This document shows positions 19,038 to 29,607 of a stretch of DNA of 64,000 nt, piece by piece. Location: IMG/VR virus record IMGVR_UViG_3300031088_000758, one strand, 5' to 3'. Under the pieces are notes generated by a model. The model saw nothing but the letters and a program-made list of their open reading frames with translations. It did not search any database and was not told the origin of the DNA. A program made the translations under genes and the position numbers. Within the stretch, counting starts at the first letter, position 1. Every line of letters begins with the position of its first letter. The DNA is from a virus. Its lineage: Duplodnaviria > Caudoviricetes.

Positions 19038-19793
19038 TCAACAAGAATATAGTAATTCTTCAATTTTTAACATATTGGCTGAAATAGTTTCTTTACGTAA
19101 GGATTTATTTCCTTTCCATCTAATGGTAGGAATAACTGTTTTCCATTTTATTGATTTAACAGTATAGCCTTCATTAACAAGTATAGTGTTCATTCCGTCA
19201 ATGTGTTTAGCACCCCAAAAAAGATATACATTGTTTTTAGTTTTCAAAGCCTTATCCAAAGCAACTTTATTTCTTCTATGTAAGATTATATCTTCGTTAT
19301 CTATGCTCACATTACTAGAACCTACACTCATCAATACCATATTACTTAATGGTGAGGAACCAATATTAAGAACATGATTATTCAATAACTTAGTTTTATT
19401 GTTTTGAGTAAATTTTTTCAAATTGTCTATCATTTCTTTGTTGAATATTTTATCTGTAATCTCAACATCTTCAATGTCGTAATTAAAAATCTTCCTGTTA
19501 TCACAAAGATTTTTGTTGATGTAAGTCTTTTGGTAGTCAAGGTTGAGGACAGAAGCAAAAGTTGAATAAATACTATCTAATAGATGTTTATTGTGTAAAT
19601 TTTCTTCTTTCGTGCTGATTATACCTTCTAGATGAACTTCACCATCAAATCCTTTGATTTTGTCTAAAATTTTTTCATAAAATCTTCTGTCTCCGATATG
19701 AACTGCACCTTGAATAACTATTTCTTTATTTTTATTCTTGTATGTTATTTCAGGAACTTGGACACCAGATGGTCTCATTCTAATAAATTTCAT
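19038..19793 (-). CDS. possible TraB/GumN (Tiki-like) metallo-protein
   Basis: GAVHIG, HLEG, RRN, WGAKH pattern. Confidence 0.5.
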   Translation of the reverse strand: MKFIRMRPSGVQVPEITYKNKNKEIVIQGAVHIGDRRFYEKILDKIKGFDGEVHLEGIISTKEENLHNKHLLDSIYSTFASVLNLDYQKTYINKNLCDNRKIFNYDIEDVEITDKIFNKEMIDNLKKFTQNNKTKLLNNHVLNIGSSPLSNMVLMSVGSSNVSIDNEDIILHRRNKVALDKALKTKNNVYLFWGAKHIDGMNTILVNEGYTVKSIKWKTVIPTIRWKGNKSLRKETISANMLKIEELLYSC

Positions 19794-19841
19794 GTAAAGC
19801 CTCTCAAATATTTAACGTATGCTAATTTTATCAATATATTG

Positions 19842-21809
19842 TTATTGTATTTGATGTTTTCTCGCAGCGTCATTTACTCTTCCTAAATGAAGAGCTTTTT
19901 GTCGTTCATCAGAAGTTGCTTTACTGATTAAAACTTTTTTATGAATAAATAAAGACTCTTGAAAAACCCTTAATGCGTTCATCATCATCATTGTATCAGT
20001 TATAGCATTATGAGCACCTTCATAGGCAATTCCATTGTCCTCACTAAAAGTTTCAAGATTGTTTTTAGATGAAGCTGACATCAGATTTGAACAGATTTGC
20101 ATTGTATCTAAAATAATTAATTCATCATTGTCAAGAAGTTCCGCGAATCCCATTAGATTAACGATTAGCCAGTCCCTTTCGAACGAAGAATTGTGAGCAA
20201 CCATCACACCTTTTTTCAGAGTTTCTAGAATTGTTTTTTGAATCGACAATTCATCAAAACTTGGTTTACCTTCTATGTCACTTACATCAATTCTATGAAC
20301 TGTTGAATCTCCAGCACCAATAGTCATTTTAGATAAAGCTGGTATGTCATGTAGAGTTGCTAAAACTGTTTCTTGTTTGCCGTTAGGGTATGAAACAACA
20401 ATACCAGTTTCAATAATTCGCCCTTGCTTAGGTGACAATCCGTTTGTTTCTATGTCTATACCGATTAGAGGGGTGTTTCTTTGAAAAGGATCATGTTCAG
20501 CATATAAAGCAGTTAAAGTATCTTGAATAATAGGATGTTCTATTTTCTTACCATGTATTTCTTTAATCTTGTCAAATTTAGATTTAACATTGACATAAGT
20601 TGTTTCAAAACTTTCGCCATTATAAGCTGAAAGTTTACGTGCTGATTCTTTCATGTTTAAAGTTCTAGGGAAGCCTTTTCTGGATTGTGATGGAGCAACA
20701 ACATTTCTCAAACCTTTTTGCCTTACAGCAGCGCGAGTTTTAACAACATTTTCCCAAAAATCTTTAACTTGAGCTAACATCTGATTCCACTCATCAATGA
20801 TACGAGGCTCTTTCATGTCTAAATGGTATTCACGATAAATAACATCATCTAAGACAGCCACAATAACTGCTTTATCTACATCAGCGTTTTTTGCATACCA
20901 TATTGCTTGCATCCGGTAGTTTGCCGGAACAGCATTAAAACTATCAGCAGGATCCCCCCATTCATCTGTAAGAGATCCCGTTTTTATTTCAATAATGCTT
21001 ATAGGGTTGCCTTTTTCATCCAGTTCTAAACCATCAAATTGAGCACGCATAAAATCTAATTCATCTTCACCAATCCAACGAGAATCACATATAGCAATAT
21101 TTTTATCTGGATTATTATCAGCATATTGACAAAGTATATACTCTTCCCAATTGTTTCCACGTTGAATAGCTTGGCTAGGTTCGCTGTATTCTTTCTCAAT
21201 AACACCTATTTTAATATTGAATAAATCTTTGTAGTACTGCGTTGCATATTTAGGATGTGTTTTCATTATTTTTGAAACATCACTACCACCAATTCCACCA
21301 AGTTTATACTCTGTCCATTCCTCATCATTTTTAGGCTTTTTGTCGTTAATAACAAAATTACCAATACGTTCTGAATAGTATTTTTGAATTGACGGAATAC
21401 CTTCTACTTTTGAAGTATTTCTTAAATAAGAAAGGCAAGAAACAGCTCTTGCGGTTATCTCACGATAATCATCTAATTTTTTATGGATTAATAATGATTT
21501 TTCGTAAATATTGCGGTACTTTAAAGAATGTTCTCTTACATCAACATAGCAAGTTTTCTTTTTTCCGTCTGAGTGGGCAATATTGCCTTTTGCTATGTTG
21601 ATGTTCTTATCAATTTTAGCAAGCTCTTCTTTAAGTAAGTAGGAATGTTCTAATACGGAAAGAAATATTTCATTAGATAGTCTTTCATTGATCAATTTCT
21701 CTAATTTGCAATAATCTTTTTCGGATAACATTTTATTTATTGATCTTATGATATGAGATTTTTTAGTAGTATCTTCTATTTCAAAGTTTTCATTGATTTC
21801 AATAAGCAT
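19842..21809 (-). CDS. YqaJ-like (lambda-exo fold) nuclease fused to DEDDh 3'-5' exonuclease
   Basis: GIGGSDVS, GNNWE, FDG, IEIKT, QAIWY; then DIETNG, AHNSSFE, DT, HNAITD. Confidence 0.85.
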   Translation of the reverse strand: MLIEINENFEIEDTTKKSHIIRSINKMLSEKDYCKLEKLINERLSNEIFLSVLEHSYLLKEELAKIDKNINIAKGNIAHSDGKKKTCYVDVREHSLKYRNIYEKSLLIHKKLDDYREITARAVSCLSYLRNTSKVEGIPSIQKYYSERIGNFVINDKKPKNDEEWTEYKLGGIGGSDVSKIMKTHPKYATQYYKDLFNIKIGVIEKEYSEPSQAIQRGNNWEEYILCQYADNNPDKNIAICDSRWIGEDELDFMRAQFDGLELDEKGNPISIIEIKTGSLTDEWGDPADSFNAVPANYRMQAIWYAKNADVDKAVIVAVLDDVIYREYHLDMKEPRIIDEWNQMLAQVKDFWENVVKTRAAVRQKGLRNVVAPSQSRKGFPRTLNMKESARKLSAYNGESFETTYVNVKSKFDKIKEIHGKKIEHPIIQDTLTALYAEHDPFQRNTPLIGIDIETNGLSPKQGRIIETGIVVSYPNGKQETVLATLHDIPALSKMTIGAGDSTVHRIDVSDIEGKPSFDELSIQKTILETLKKGVMVAHNSSFERDWLIVNLMGFAELLDNDELIILDTMQICSNLMSASSKNNLETFSEDNGIAYEGAHNAITDTMMMMNALRVFQESLFIHKKVLISKATSDERQKALHLGRVNDAARKHQIQ

Positions 21810-21871
21810 TATTCACCTTGAGCTTTTTATTGATTTTTATCGAATATCAAAAGAATCTTTGAATATTTAGG

Positions 21872-22888
21872 TTATTCGTTTAGTGATTTGTTTTCATCTA
21901 CTATTTTGTCAACTATCTCTATATATGCTTTCACATCGTTGTAAAAATCTTTTTGTTCGTTTTTAGTAAGATTAGCAAAAGTTTTCGCACTTTCCCCACG
22001 ATTTTTCTTCAACCGATGAATAGCTGAGTATATTTCTTTTTGTGCGCTGTAAACATCACCAATTTTATAAGCATTTTTCTCGTAAATTTTTTCCATGTCA
22101 TTCACAAAGTCTTTGTTAAGCTTTTGAGAAGCATGTTCTCTTATATCTTGTTTGATTTTTTCAGATAAAATATTTTTTCGCCATATTAAACCTTTAAATG
22201 CGCGTTTTGGTTCTAATAAATGGTTTAATTCAGAAGCTACATATTCATCTGCAACATTTTCAATAATTGAACGATTACTCATCTTTTTGGAAGATATCAT
22301 GGCTTCTGCAGGCATGATAATTTCCCATGTACCTTTTTCAGGTTTATTCTCTTTTGACCATTCATTCCAATCCGATAAAATCATTCCACTGTTCCAAAAC
22401 TTTTCAGCTGCTTCTTTGAATTTTTCGCTTTCAGCACCATATAAATTTTGAATAGATGATGCTTTCTCATAATCTTCAACATTGTAAACATATACAGAAT
22501 TAGCATCAATAGTTATCTCATGACTATCTAAAGCACCTTCATGTTTGTTCCACTGGTTGCCTCTCACCCACCTAGCATGAGAATTCAAGTCAGGACTAGC
22601 AAATATACCTTTGTATCTGCCTTGTCTTCCCTCCGGTTTAAATTTATCCATATCTTGAAGAATGCTTTCTAAACTTTCAAAATATGTTTCAGGTGGAGTT
22701 AATGTTCCCACACGATAAACTTTCATTTTCTTCACAGGTTTAATCGTTTTTGTTGACATGCTATTTTCGTAATGTTTTTCAGCTTCTTCTTTGCTGTCAA
22801 AATGAGGAGATTGTTCACCAAAAGGGCAATTGCCATTGGACGCTGAACATTGCTTAGCATTTCCATCTTCGTTTATATGAAATCTCAT
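21872..22888 (-). CDS. HCCH-tagged protein, possible ADP-ribosyltransferase fold
   Basis: N-term tag; KVYRVG / GIFASP / WEII resemble R-S-E ART strands. Confidence 0.65.
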   Translation of the reverse strand: MRFHINEDGNAKQCSASNGNCPFGEQSPHFDSKEEAEKHYENSMSTKTIKPVKKMKVYRVGTLTPPETYFESLESILQDMDKFKPEGRQGRYKGIFASPDLNSHARWVRGNQWNKHEGALDSHEITIDANSVYVYNVEDYEKASSIQNLYGAESEKFKEAAEKFWNSGMILSDWNEWSKENKPEKGTWEIIMPAEAMISSKKMSNRSIIENVADEYVASELNHLLEPKRAFKGLIWRKNILSEKIKQDIREHASQKLNKDFVNDMEKIYEKNAYKIGDVYSAQKEIYSAIHRLKKNRGESAKTFANLTKNEQKDFYNDVKAYIEIVDKIVDENKSLNE

Positions 22889-22918
22889 TGTTGTTCATCC
22901 TTGTGAATTATGTTTGTA

Positions 22919-23848
22919 TCATTCTGAAATTACAAAATAATGTGCTTTATGTGCGCCATTGTTACGTAAATCTTTTAAGCGATGATATCCGTCTACAATG
23001 TGATATGTATGTCTATTTTTATCATAGAAAGCAACACCAGCTATTTCTTTTGATGAGTTAAAACTTTGCATAGGTCTTTGTTCAACGCGGTTATAGTAAT
23101 GAGTTGCTCCTATCTGAATTTGATGAGTATTCAAAATTTCCGCTCGAACATGATTCGATCTTTCTACATAGCCACTTCTCTTTTCGCCATTTTCCTCAGT
23201 TAATTGTGTTTTCAAAGCTTCCAATGGGTTTAATCCTGTCGTATCTACACCTTTGCTTCGAACATATTCTAAAACACCATCTTTATCAACAGCGTTATTT
23301 CTTGAATAATAATATTTTTCAATGTCTTTTAAAGCCATGTCACTATTGAAAAAGGTAATAGTGACATCATTAAGGTTATTTCCATAGACATAATAATTAT
23401 CTAATTCTTCTGCTCCGTGTGCTTGAAGAATTTCTGCAACTTTATCTTTGCTGTTTTCATCGTAATAGACTATTTCTTCTGCCCAAGAATTAACATCAAC
23501 GTAAGACACTTCAAAAGAAGTTGGATCAATAATACTATCCCCTTCCTCATCTTCTATATAATCATAATCGTACTGTAAGAAATACGATGGTGATATAGAC
23601 GAAGATAAAGAGCTTGTATAAAAACGATCTGATGATTCTATGTTGCGAATTTCATCGCGCTTTCTTTCTAAAGCCGATTTATTCTGAATAGTTTTTGTCA
23701 TTCCTAATTCTTTTGATAGTATGTTTTCAATGTGCTGTTTAGCTTCATTTCTGTCAGTGAAATGTTGCCCTCCAACAGGACATTGGCGTACATCAGCTTT
23801 ACAGATATTTGGCTGCTTTGTTGCCTGATTAATGTGATAATTAGTCAT
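22919..23848 (-). CDS. HCCH-tagged protein with C-terminal ParB/Srx-like domain
   Basis: N-term tag; YHIVDGYHRL. Confidence 0.7.
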   Translation of the reverse strand: MTNYHINQATKQPNICKADVRQCPVGGQHFTDRNEAKQHIENILSKELGMTKTIQNKSALERKRDEIRNIESSDRFYTSSLSSSISPSYFLQYDYDYIEDEEGDSIIDPTSFEVSYVDVNSWAEEIVYYDENSKDKVAEILQAHGAEELDNYYVYGNNLNDVTITFFNSDMALKDIEKYYYSRNNAVDKDGVLEYVRSKGVDTTGLNPLEALKTQLTEENGEKRSGYVERSNHVRAEILNTHQIQIGATHYYNRVEQRPMQSFNSSKEIAGVAFYDKNRHTYHIVDGYHRLKDLRNNGAHKAHYFVISE

Positions 23849-23948
23849 TGTTAGCTCCATATTAAAAATACCTTCAAAATATGATTATCTAAACACTGTA
23901 TTTTTAAAATATTTGGGTATTCTTTATATTGAAATTTTTCAACTACTA

Positions 23949-25274
23949 TCATTGATTTCTTGGGTCATCCGGGTCTAAGTTGTTCCCACTATACCCATTC
24001 TTATCTGCCCATTCTTTAAAACCGGGCAATTGTTTGCTAAGAATAGCGGTCCAATCTAGCTTTTCTGCGTTCTCAACTAAATATTTATCATCAGGCAAAT
24101 CACCTTTTTGTGCTTCCTTCATGAAAAACGCTAAACTGTCAGCTGCTTGTTTAGTATCCCCAAAAGAAATTTCAGCAAAATAACCATGCTTATTGCTGCT
24201 TGCATAAGGTAAATCCCCTGAGTCCTTATTCCAATTAGTCAAACCATTAATAATGATTGAATCAGTGTTGCGATGTTCATATACGCTGAAACTGCGAGTA
24301 TTACCGTCAGGCTGATACACAGTATAAACATTTCCTACTTCACGACCATTAACAAAAGCGTCAACTTTTACATTTTTAACACCGTTTTCTTTTAAAGAGT
24401 TTTTTAATTCTTCATTTGGAAAAGCGAGTGCTAAATATGCTTTTTGATCATAAGGATTACCACTTTCATCTTTAGATAACATGGCAAACACTCTTTGATC
24501 AGGATTCATATACGAAGTTTCCCATTCATGTCCCATGTTCAAATCATCATAAGCATCAGCTTTGAGGGTCAATTTATCACCTGCATTAATACGATTCAAA
24601 GCTTCATCAACATGTTTCTCGTCACCAAAACTAGTCTTTCCATAAATAGAGTTATCTTCAATATAGCTTTCATAAGCGCTTTCTAATTCACTAGGATTAT
24701 AAAAAACCTCTTTCAAATCACTACGATCACGAGGTATCACTAATTCGTGTGTTTCTTGTTCCCATTTTTTACGAATTGCTAAAACTTTTGGTAACTCTGT
24801 TAAATACTCATCACGATATATAGGATCGTTGCTACTCCAACCACTCTTCTTAAAACGGTTCTTTTTAGGTCTCAGCATTTTAATTAAATCATCAGCTTTT
24901 TTGAAGTCTTCGTCACTGACATTATTCTTATCTAAAATTTTGGCAACTTTCTCAACTATAATAAAATTCTCTTTTTCATCAGCGGTCCAACTGTTTTCAT
25001 CTCGAAAAATATTATCATAAATGTATTTTATAGTGCTGCTGTCACGCGCTGTGCTAGGATTTATAATTTTTGATATACGATTATCTAATCTGTCAATATC
25101 CGCTGATTCAGCTTCCATCGTAATTTCATAACTCTTTTGAGCGTCTTCTTTAGAGTCGAAGTGTTGAACAGCAACAGTTCCATTTTTACTGAATTTGCAA
25201 CCCTTAGCAGTTTTTGCTTGACACTTATTAGCATTGCCAGTTTCGGGATTAACGTGATAACGCACTGATGACAT
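23949..25274 (-). CDS. HCCH-tagged protein, unknown C-terminal domain
   Basis: YHVNPETG..C.A..C..HF..EDA tag; VYEHRNTD motif. Confidence 0.8.
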   Translation of the reverse strand: MSSVRYHVNPETGNANKCQAKTAKGCKFSKNGTVAVQHFDSKEDAQKSYEITMEAESADIDRLDNRISKIINPSTARDSSTIKYIYDNIFRDENSWTADEKENFIIVEKVAKILDKNNVSDEDFKKADDLIKMLRPKKNRFKKSGWSSNDPIYRDEYLTELPKVLAIRKKWEQETHELVIPRDRSDLKEVFYNPSELESAYESYIEDNSIYGKTSFGDEKHVDEALNRINAGDKLTLKADAYDDLNMGHEWETSYMNPDQRVFAMLSKDESGNPYDQKAYLALAFPNEELKNSLKENGVKNVKVDAFVNGREVGNVYTVYQPDGNTRSFSVYEHRNTDSIIINGLTNWNKDSGDLPYASSNKHGYFAEISFGDTKQAADSLAFFMKEAQKGDLPDDKYLVENAEKLDWTAILSKQLPGFKEWADKNGYSGNNLDPDDPRNQ

Positions 25275-25325
25275 ATTAATGCTCCTTTTTAAAAATATAC
25301 TATTTTAGTATCTAAAAGAAAAACA

Positions 25326-26372
25326 TCAATTAGGGGTGTATCCTTCAATCCAGTCTTCAACATACTTTAAAGGTGTTTCATCATTATATTCAGGAAAATT
25401 GACAGAAGGAACAATTTCTTTGTTAGGGTTTGTTAAATGTTTTGTATAATCAAAACCCTGCTGAGTGAAACTGCCACTTGAATGAACTTTCTCAACATTG
25501 TGTTCTTTCGCCAACTCATTTAATAATTTCTTCATATACCCTTGTTGTCTGTATTCTGGACGAGTTTCCAATGTCATTAAATGTGGGCCATCATCTTCTA
25601 AGCGATAATGTGCCACAGCAACTTTCACTTCATCAACTTTCAAAAAACTTACATAACTACCATTAAGTTTTTTCATCGGTTTGTCTAAAACAGCTGTCTC
25701 CAACAAAGGATTGTATTCGTCTGGTTTAACTTTTGGCAGTTCAGCAGCTCGTGGATCTGGAGGTGGTGGAATATAATCTTCAACCCCCATGAAAGAAATT
25801 TTGTCTAAATCTTTTTTCCAATTGTCTAAACTGTCAACATATGGGTAATCCGCATTAGGATTTACTTCACTATACGCAAAATCAACAACGTATTCTTCCC
25901 GTGCACCAGTATCAGGATTCTTCACAGTAAAAATATTTGCTGAATGTTCTTGTATCTCGTTTCCAATTGGTGTATATGTTGTTGTCGAAAGTGGGATAAA
26001 ATATTCTTCTTCATCATCTTCCATTGGCTGAGAAAAAGCACTTATATAATCTGCTATTGCTTTGCTGTTTCCTTGTGAATGTTCTTGGTATGAGGATAAA
26101 TCAAAATATTCCCATTCTTTTCCATTAATAACGATTTTTCTACCGGATTCATTAATAGCAACAACTGTGTCCATATTATCATTTTCTATAACTTTCAACC
26201 ATTTAGTTTCAGCTACGCTTTTAATTGGTTTTGTTGACATAATCTTTTCGAAATGTGCTTGTGCTTCTTGCTTGTTGTTGAAATGTGGCATTGAATCACC
26301 GAAAGGACATGATATAGATGCCTTACACGGCTTTGCTTCACCCGTAGATGGACTTATATGGTATTTACTCAT
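25326..26372 (-). CDS. HCCH-tagged GNAT acetyltransferase
   Basis: N-term tag; LETRPEYRQQGYMKKLL acetyl-CoA-binding motif A. Confidence 0.8.
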   Translation of the reverse strand: MSKYHISPSTGEAKPCKASISCPFGDSMPHFNNKQEAQAHFEKIMSTKPIKSVAETKWLKVIENDNMDTVVAINESGRKIVINGKEWEYFDLSSYQEHSQGNSKAIADYISAFSQPMEDDEEEYFIPLSTTTYTPIGNEIQEHSANIFTVKNPDTGAREEYVVDFAYSEVNPNADYPYVDSLDNWKKDLDKISFMGVEDYIPPPPDPRAAELPKVKPDEYNPLLETAVLDKPMKKLNGSYVSFLKVDEVKVAVAHYRLEDDGPHLMTLETRPEYRQQGYMKKLLNELAKEHNVEKVHSSGSFTQQGFDYTKHLTNPNKEIVPSVNFPEYNDETPLKYVEDWIEGYTPN

Positions 26373-26454
26373 TGTCTATCTGTATCCTTAAAAAAGTCTC
26401 TTAAAACACTATATATGACTTTCTAATGTTTGCGAAGATGTGTACTCCAATTTT

Positions 26455-27114
26455 TTATAAGTCATATGCTACGAGAACATTATCTTGAGTGTATCCAACT
26501 TGACCACCATCAACCATTCCCACCCAAGAAGGAAGAGATTTATAATCAAGGTTTTCTATCGGTGATACCCTTTCCATCTTAATATAGAATAAGTCATCTT
26601 TTTCAATTGCTTCTGTTTTAGCAATAGGAATATAATCTTCAGGACTTTTTATGTACCCATCACTAGTTCTCACTTCAAGAGAAGATGCTGTGACACCTTC
26701 ATCAGTAATAGGTATTTTTATTACAGAATCTTTCTCCATGAAAACTACACGAGTTCTTGCGCATACGATACTATCTGTTTTATTCATATATTCATACACA
26801 AGTTCTAAAGTCTTATCCGCATATTCCTCACCAAAAGCCGAACTTAATTCCTCATTTACTATACGATATGCTAAAGAAAAATCATCTTTATGCTTTTCAG
26901 GGACTTTGTATTTCCCAATTTTAACCAATTTTTTAGAATGACTTTTGTTTAATTTCTGTAATGAATCATGTTGTTCTTCGTATATTTCACTTGCCCATTT
27001 CCTGGCTTGGTTTAATGAACCTTCAAAATGAGGTGAATCGCTACCTAATGGACATTGGATTCGAGCTGAACAAATTTTAGCATCTCCATCATTATTTATA
27101 TGGTATTTTGTCAT
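26455..27114 (-). CDS. HCCH-tagged protein, possible minimal kinase-like fold
   Basis: N-term tag; RTRVVF..VIKIP..E..YIKMERV..D..QVG..LVAYD. Confidence 0.65.
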   Translation of the reverse strand: MTKYHINNDGDAKICSARIQCPLGSDSPHFEGSLNQARKWASEIYEEQHDSLQKLNKSHSKKLVKIGKYKVPEKHKDDFSLAYRIVNEELSSAFGEEYADKTLELVYEYMNKTDSIVCARTRVVFMEKDSVIKIPITDEGVTASSLEVRTSDGYIKSPEDYIPIAKTEAIEKDDLFYIKMERVSPIENLDYKSLPSWVGMVDGGQVGYTQDNVLVAYDL

Positions 27115-27169
27115 TTTAAAACACTCTTTGTTTGTCATCATTTATATTTTGTGCGAATACCTTGTAATT

Positions 27170-28006
27170 TCAGTATCCTCTTGTTTCATAAATTTCTTTT
27201 TCAAGCTCTCTTCTCTTCTGTTCAAGCTTTTTAATTTTCTGCTCTTGTTCTTCTTTTTTCTGTTTTCTTTCAGCGTCTTCACGAAGAAAAGCTTCAGCAC
27301 CTTCATCACGAATTACAGAAGTGATTATAGAAGCGCCATTATGTTTTGAATTCCTTACATCATCTATACTTTTTCCCATTATGTAGCTATCTTTCATTGA
27401 ATTCATTGTAGTTTTATCATTGTGCAATAAAACATGGTTTCCTAAATGGCCTGTTTTTATTCTTGCTGTGTAATTTACAGGACCCGAAGAATTAGGATAC
27501 ATAGAAACTGTAATAATATCCCCGGTTTGAACTTCTGAAAGTGGAACTTCTTTAAACTCACCAACAGGCTTGACAGTTTTGTCAGTATGATACAACTCTC
27601 TATCATCGTACAAAGTAGTATTTCCACTGTAATGAAATTTATCTTGTATCTCCTTTTCGGAATACCCCTGGGCTTTGTACTTGCTGTAGAGAGTGTCAAA
27701 TTTGTCCATTATCTTCTGAGTATTTTTATTAGATTTTACTAATTGTTTCTCACGCCTTTTTTCTTCTCTACTTTTCTTCGCAGAAGACTTAGCAAAAGTA
27801 CCATAATCTCTTTGAAGAGCATTTTGAGCAACATCACTTTGAGGGTCAGCTTCAATCATCATGCTTTCATAATCGGCCTGTAAGTCTTGTGCTTTCTCCG
27901 AATCACCAGATTGAATTGCTTCCTTAATCTCATTTTCGTAACTCTTTATAGCAGTATCTTTTGCACAAAATTTACCTGCTGCATCATGATAAGGGTTGCC
28001 TGACAT
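27170..28006 (-). CDS. hypothetical protein with N-terminal NPYHDxxGKF motif
   Basis: ATG at 28006 after AGGAG; MSGNPYHDAAGKFC. Confidence 0.75.
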   Translation of the reverse strand: MSGNPYHDAAGKFCAKDTAIKSYENEIKEAIQSGDSEKAQDLQADYESMMIEADPQSDVAQNALQRDYGTFAKSSAKKSREEKRREKQLVKSNKNTQKIMDKFDTLYSKYKAQGYSEKEIQDKFHYSGNTTLYDDRELYHTDKTVKPVGEFKEVPLSEVQTGDIITVSMYPNSSGPVNYTARIKTGHLGNHVLLHNDKTTMNSMKDSYIMGKSIDDVRNSKHNGASIITSVIRDEGAEAFLREDAERKQKKEEQEQKIKKLEQKRRELEKEIYETRGY

Positions 28007-28191
28007 AATAAATCTCCTAAATAGAACTTCATTTTCTTGTTTTTCTAACAAAAACTTAAACAATAGAACCTACTGCCCTAAACAACATTATTTTGTCCTT
28101 GTTTACCGATTCGAGAACAATATTTGAAAATCTACTTTTAATAAATTTGATAAACTATTCCACAGAAAAAACGAAAGGGCCTGCTAAAACA

Positions 28192-29417
28192 ATGAAAGAA
28201 TATAATGATGAACTGTGGCAAAAACTTGAAAAAGAATATTCATCAAAAAACGATAATCCCTTTTCAAAAATAACTCCCGGATCTCATAAAATTTATCAAT
28301 GGATATGCGAAAACCATGAAGAAACATATAGCAGCAGTGCAGCTGCAAGGTTCAGAGGACAAAACTGTCATTACTGCTCAAACAACAAGATTTTAGTAGG
28401 ATACAATGATCTAGCCACTAAACATCCAGAATTTTTACAAGAATGGGATTATGAGAAGAATGATATAACCCCGCAACAAGTTCAACCTAAAAGCAGCAAA
28501 AAAGCATGGTGGATTTGTCAAAAAGGACACTCTTATCATCAACATATATATAAACATACAGATGGAAGAAAATGTCCGTATTGCGCTGGAAGAAAAGTGC
28601 TAGAAGGCTTTAATAACATAGAAAACGAAAACTTAATCAAAGAATGGGACAAAAAACTAAACAGTAAAACAATCAGTGAATACACAAATGGTTCAAACCA
28701 TATTGCCTACTGGATTTGTCCGTTGAACCACTCTTACAAAGCATCTATATATAATAGAACTCAAAGAAACTATGGATGTCCTTATTGCAGTGGAAGAAAA
28801 GTTCTTCAAGGTTTCAATGATCTTAAAAGCCAAGCTCCTGAAATCCTTAAAGAATGGGATTATGAAAAAACGATCATCTAGAACCTACAAAAATAACATA
28901 CAAAAGCACTAAAAAAGCTTGGTTCAAATGTTTAAGTTGCCATCATGAGTGGAGAACACCTATCTATAACCGAAGCGTTTTAAAAACAGGATGCTCTCAA
29001 TGTGCTTATAATGTAACTGTGTCAAAAGGAGAATTAGAGCTTAGAGAATTTGTTCGAAAAATAGTTAATGTAGAAATTGAGTTTAACAATCGAACTATTC
29101 TACATCCGATGGAAATAGATATCCACATACCAAGTTTAAGGATAGGAATAGAGTACAATGGCGATTATTGGCATAGCGAAGAAAAAATACAACAATTGAA
29201 GAATATGTCAGCTGTTGGCTATCATTGTAGGAAAATAATTATGGCGAAACAAAAAGATGTTCTTCTCCTTATGGTATGGGAAGATGATTGGAAGAATAAC
29301 ACCGGGAAAGTTCAAGAATATTTAAAGAAAGTTTTTCATTCATCAAATGAGGTTCTTTCTGTACATGAAATCGAAGTTCCATCTATTCTGGCAAAAACTG
29401 AAAGTGATATTATTTAA
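28192..29417 (+). pseudogene. Zn-ribbon repeat (DUF4379-like) + Vsr-like endonuclease, one-base frameshift at A-run about 28865-28870
   Basis: W.C..GH....CPYC repeats; adding one A gives YEKNDHLEPTK..WFKC..CSQC continuing in frame into SKGE..EIDIHIP..IEYNGDYWH..VWEDDW. Confidence 0.75.
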
Positions 29418-29451
29418 GAATATGAATGTAATTAAGTAGTTAGGGAACTTT

Positions 29452-29607
29452 ATGAAAATTAAGGAAATCAGAGAGATTCAGCCTGAACTGGCAAGGTGTA
29501 TCGAAGTTGACTCCCCCGACCGATTATTTGCGGTTGAAGGAACCAGAAAAGATTCTGACAAGAATAACCAAAACAGCAGTGCAGCTAGTAAAATTATCAC
29601 CCACAAT
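29452..29607 (+). mobile_element. split intein C-half #1 (class 3)
   Basis: MKIKEI..RCIEVDSPDRLFAV..ITHN followed by Ser. Confidence 0.85.
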
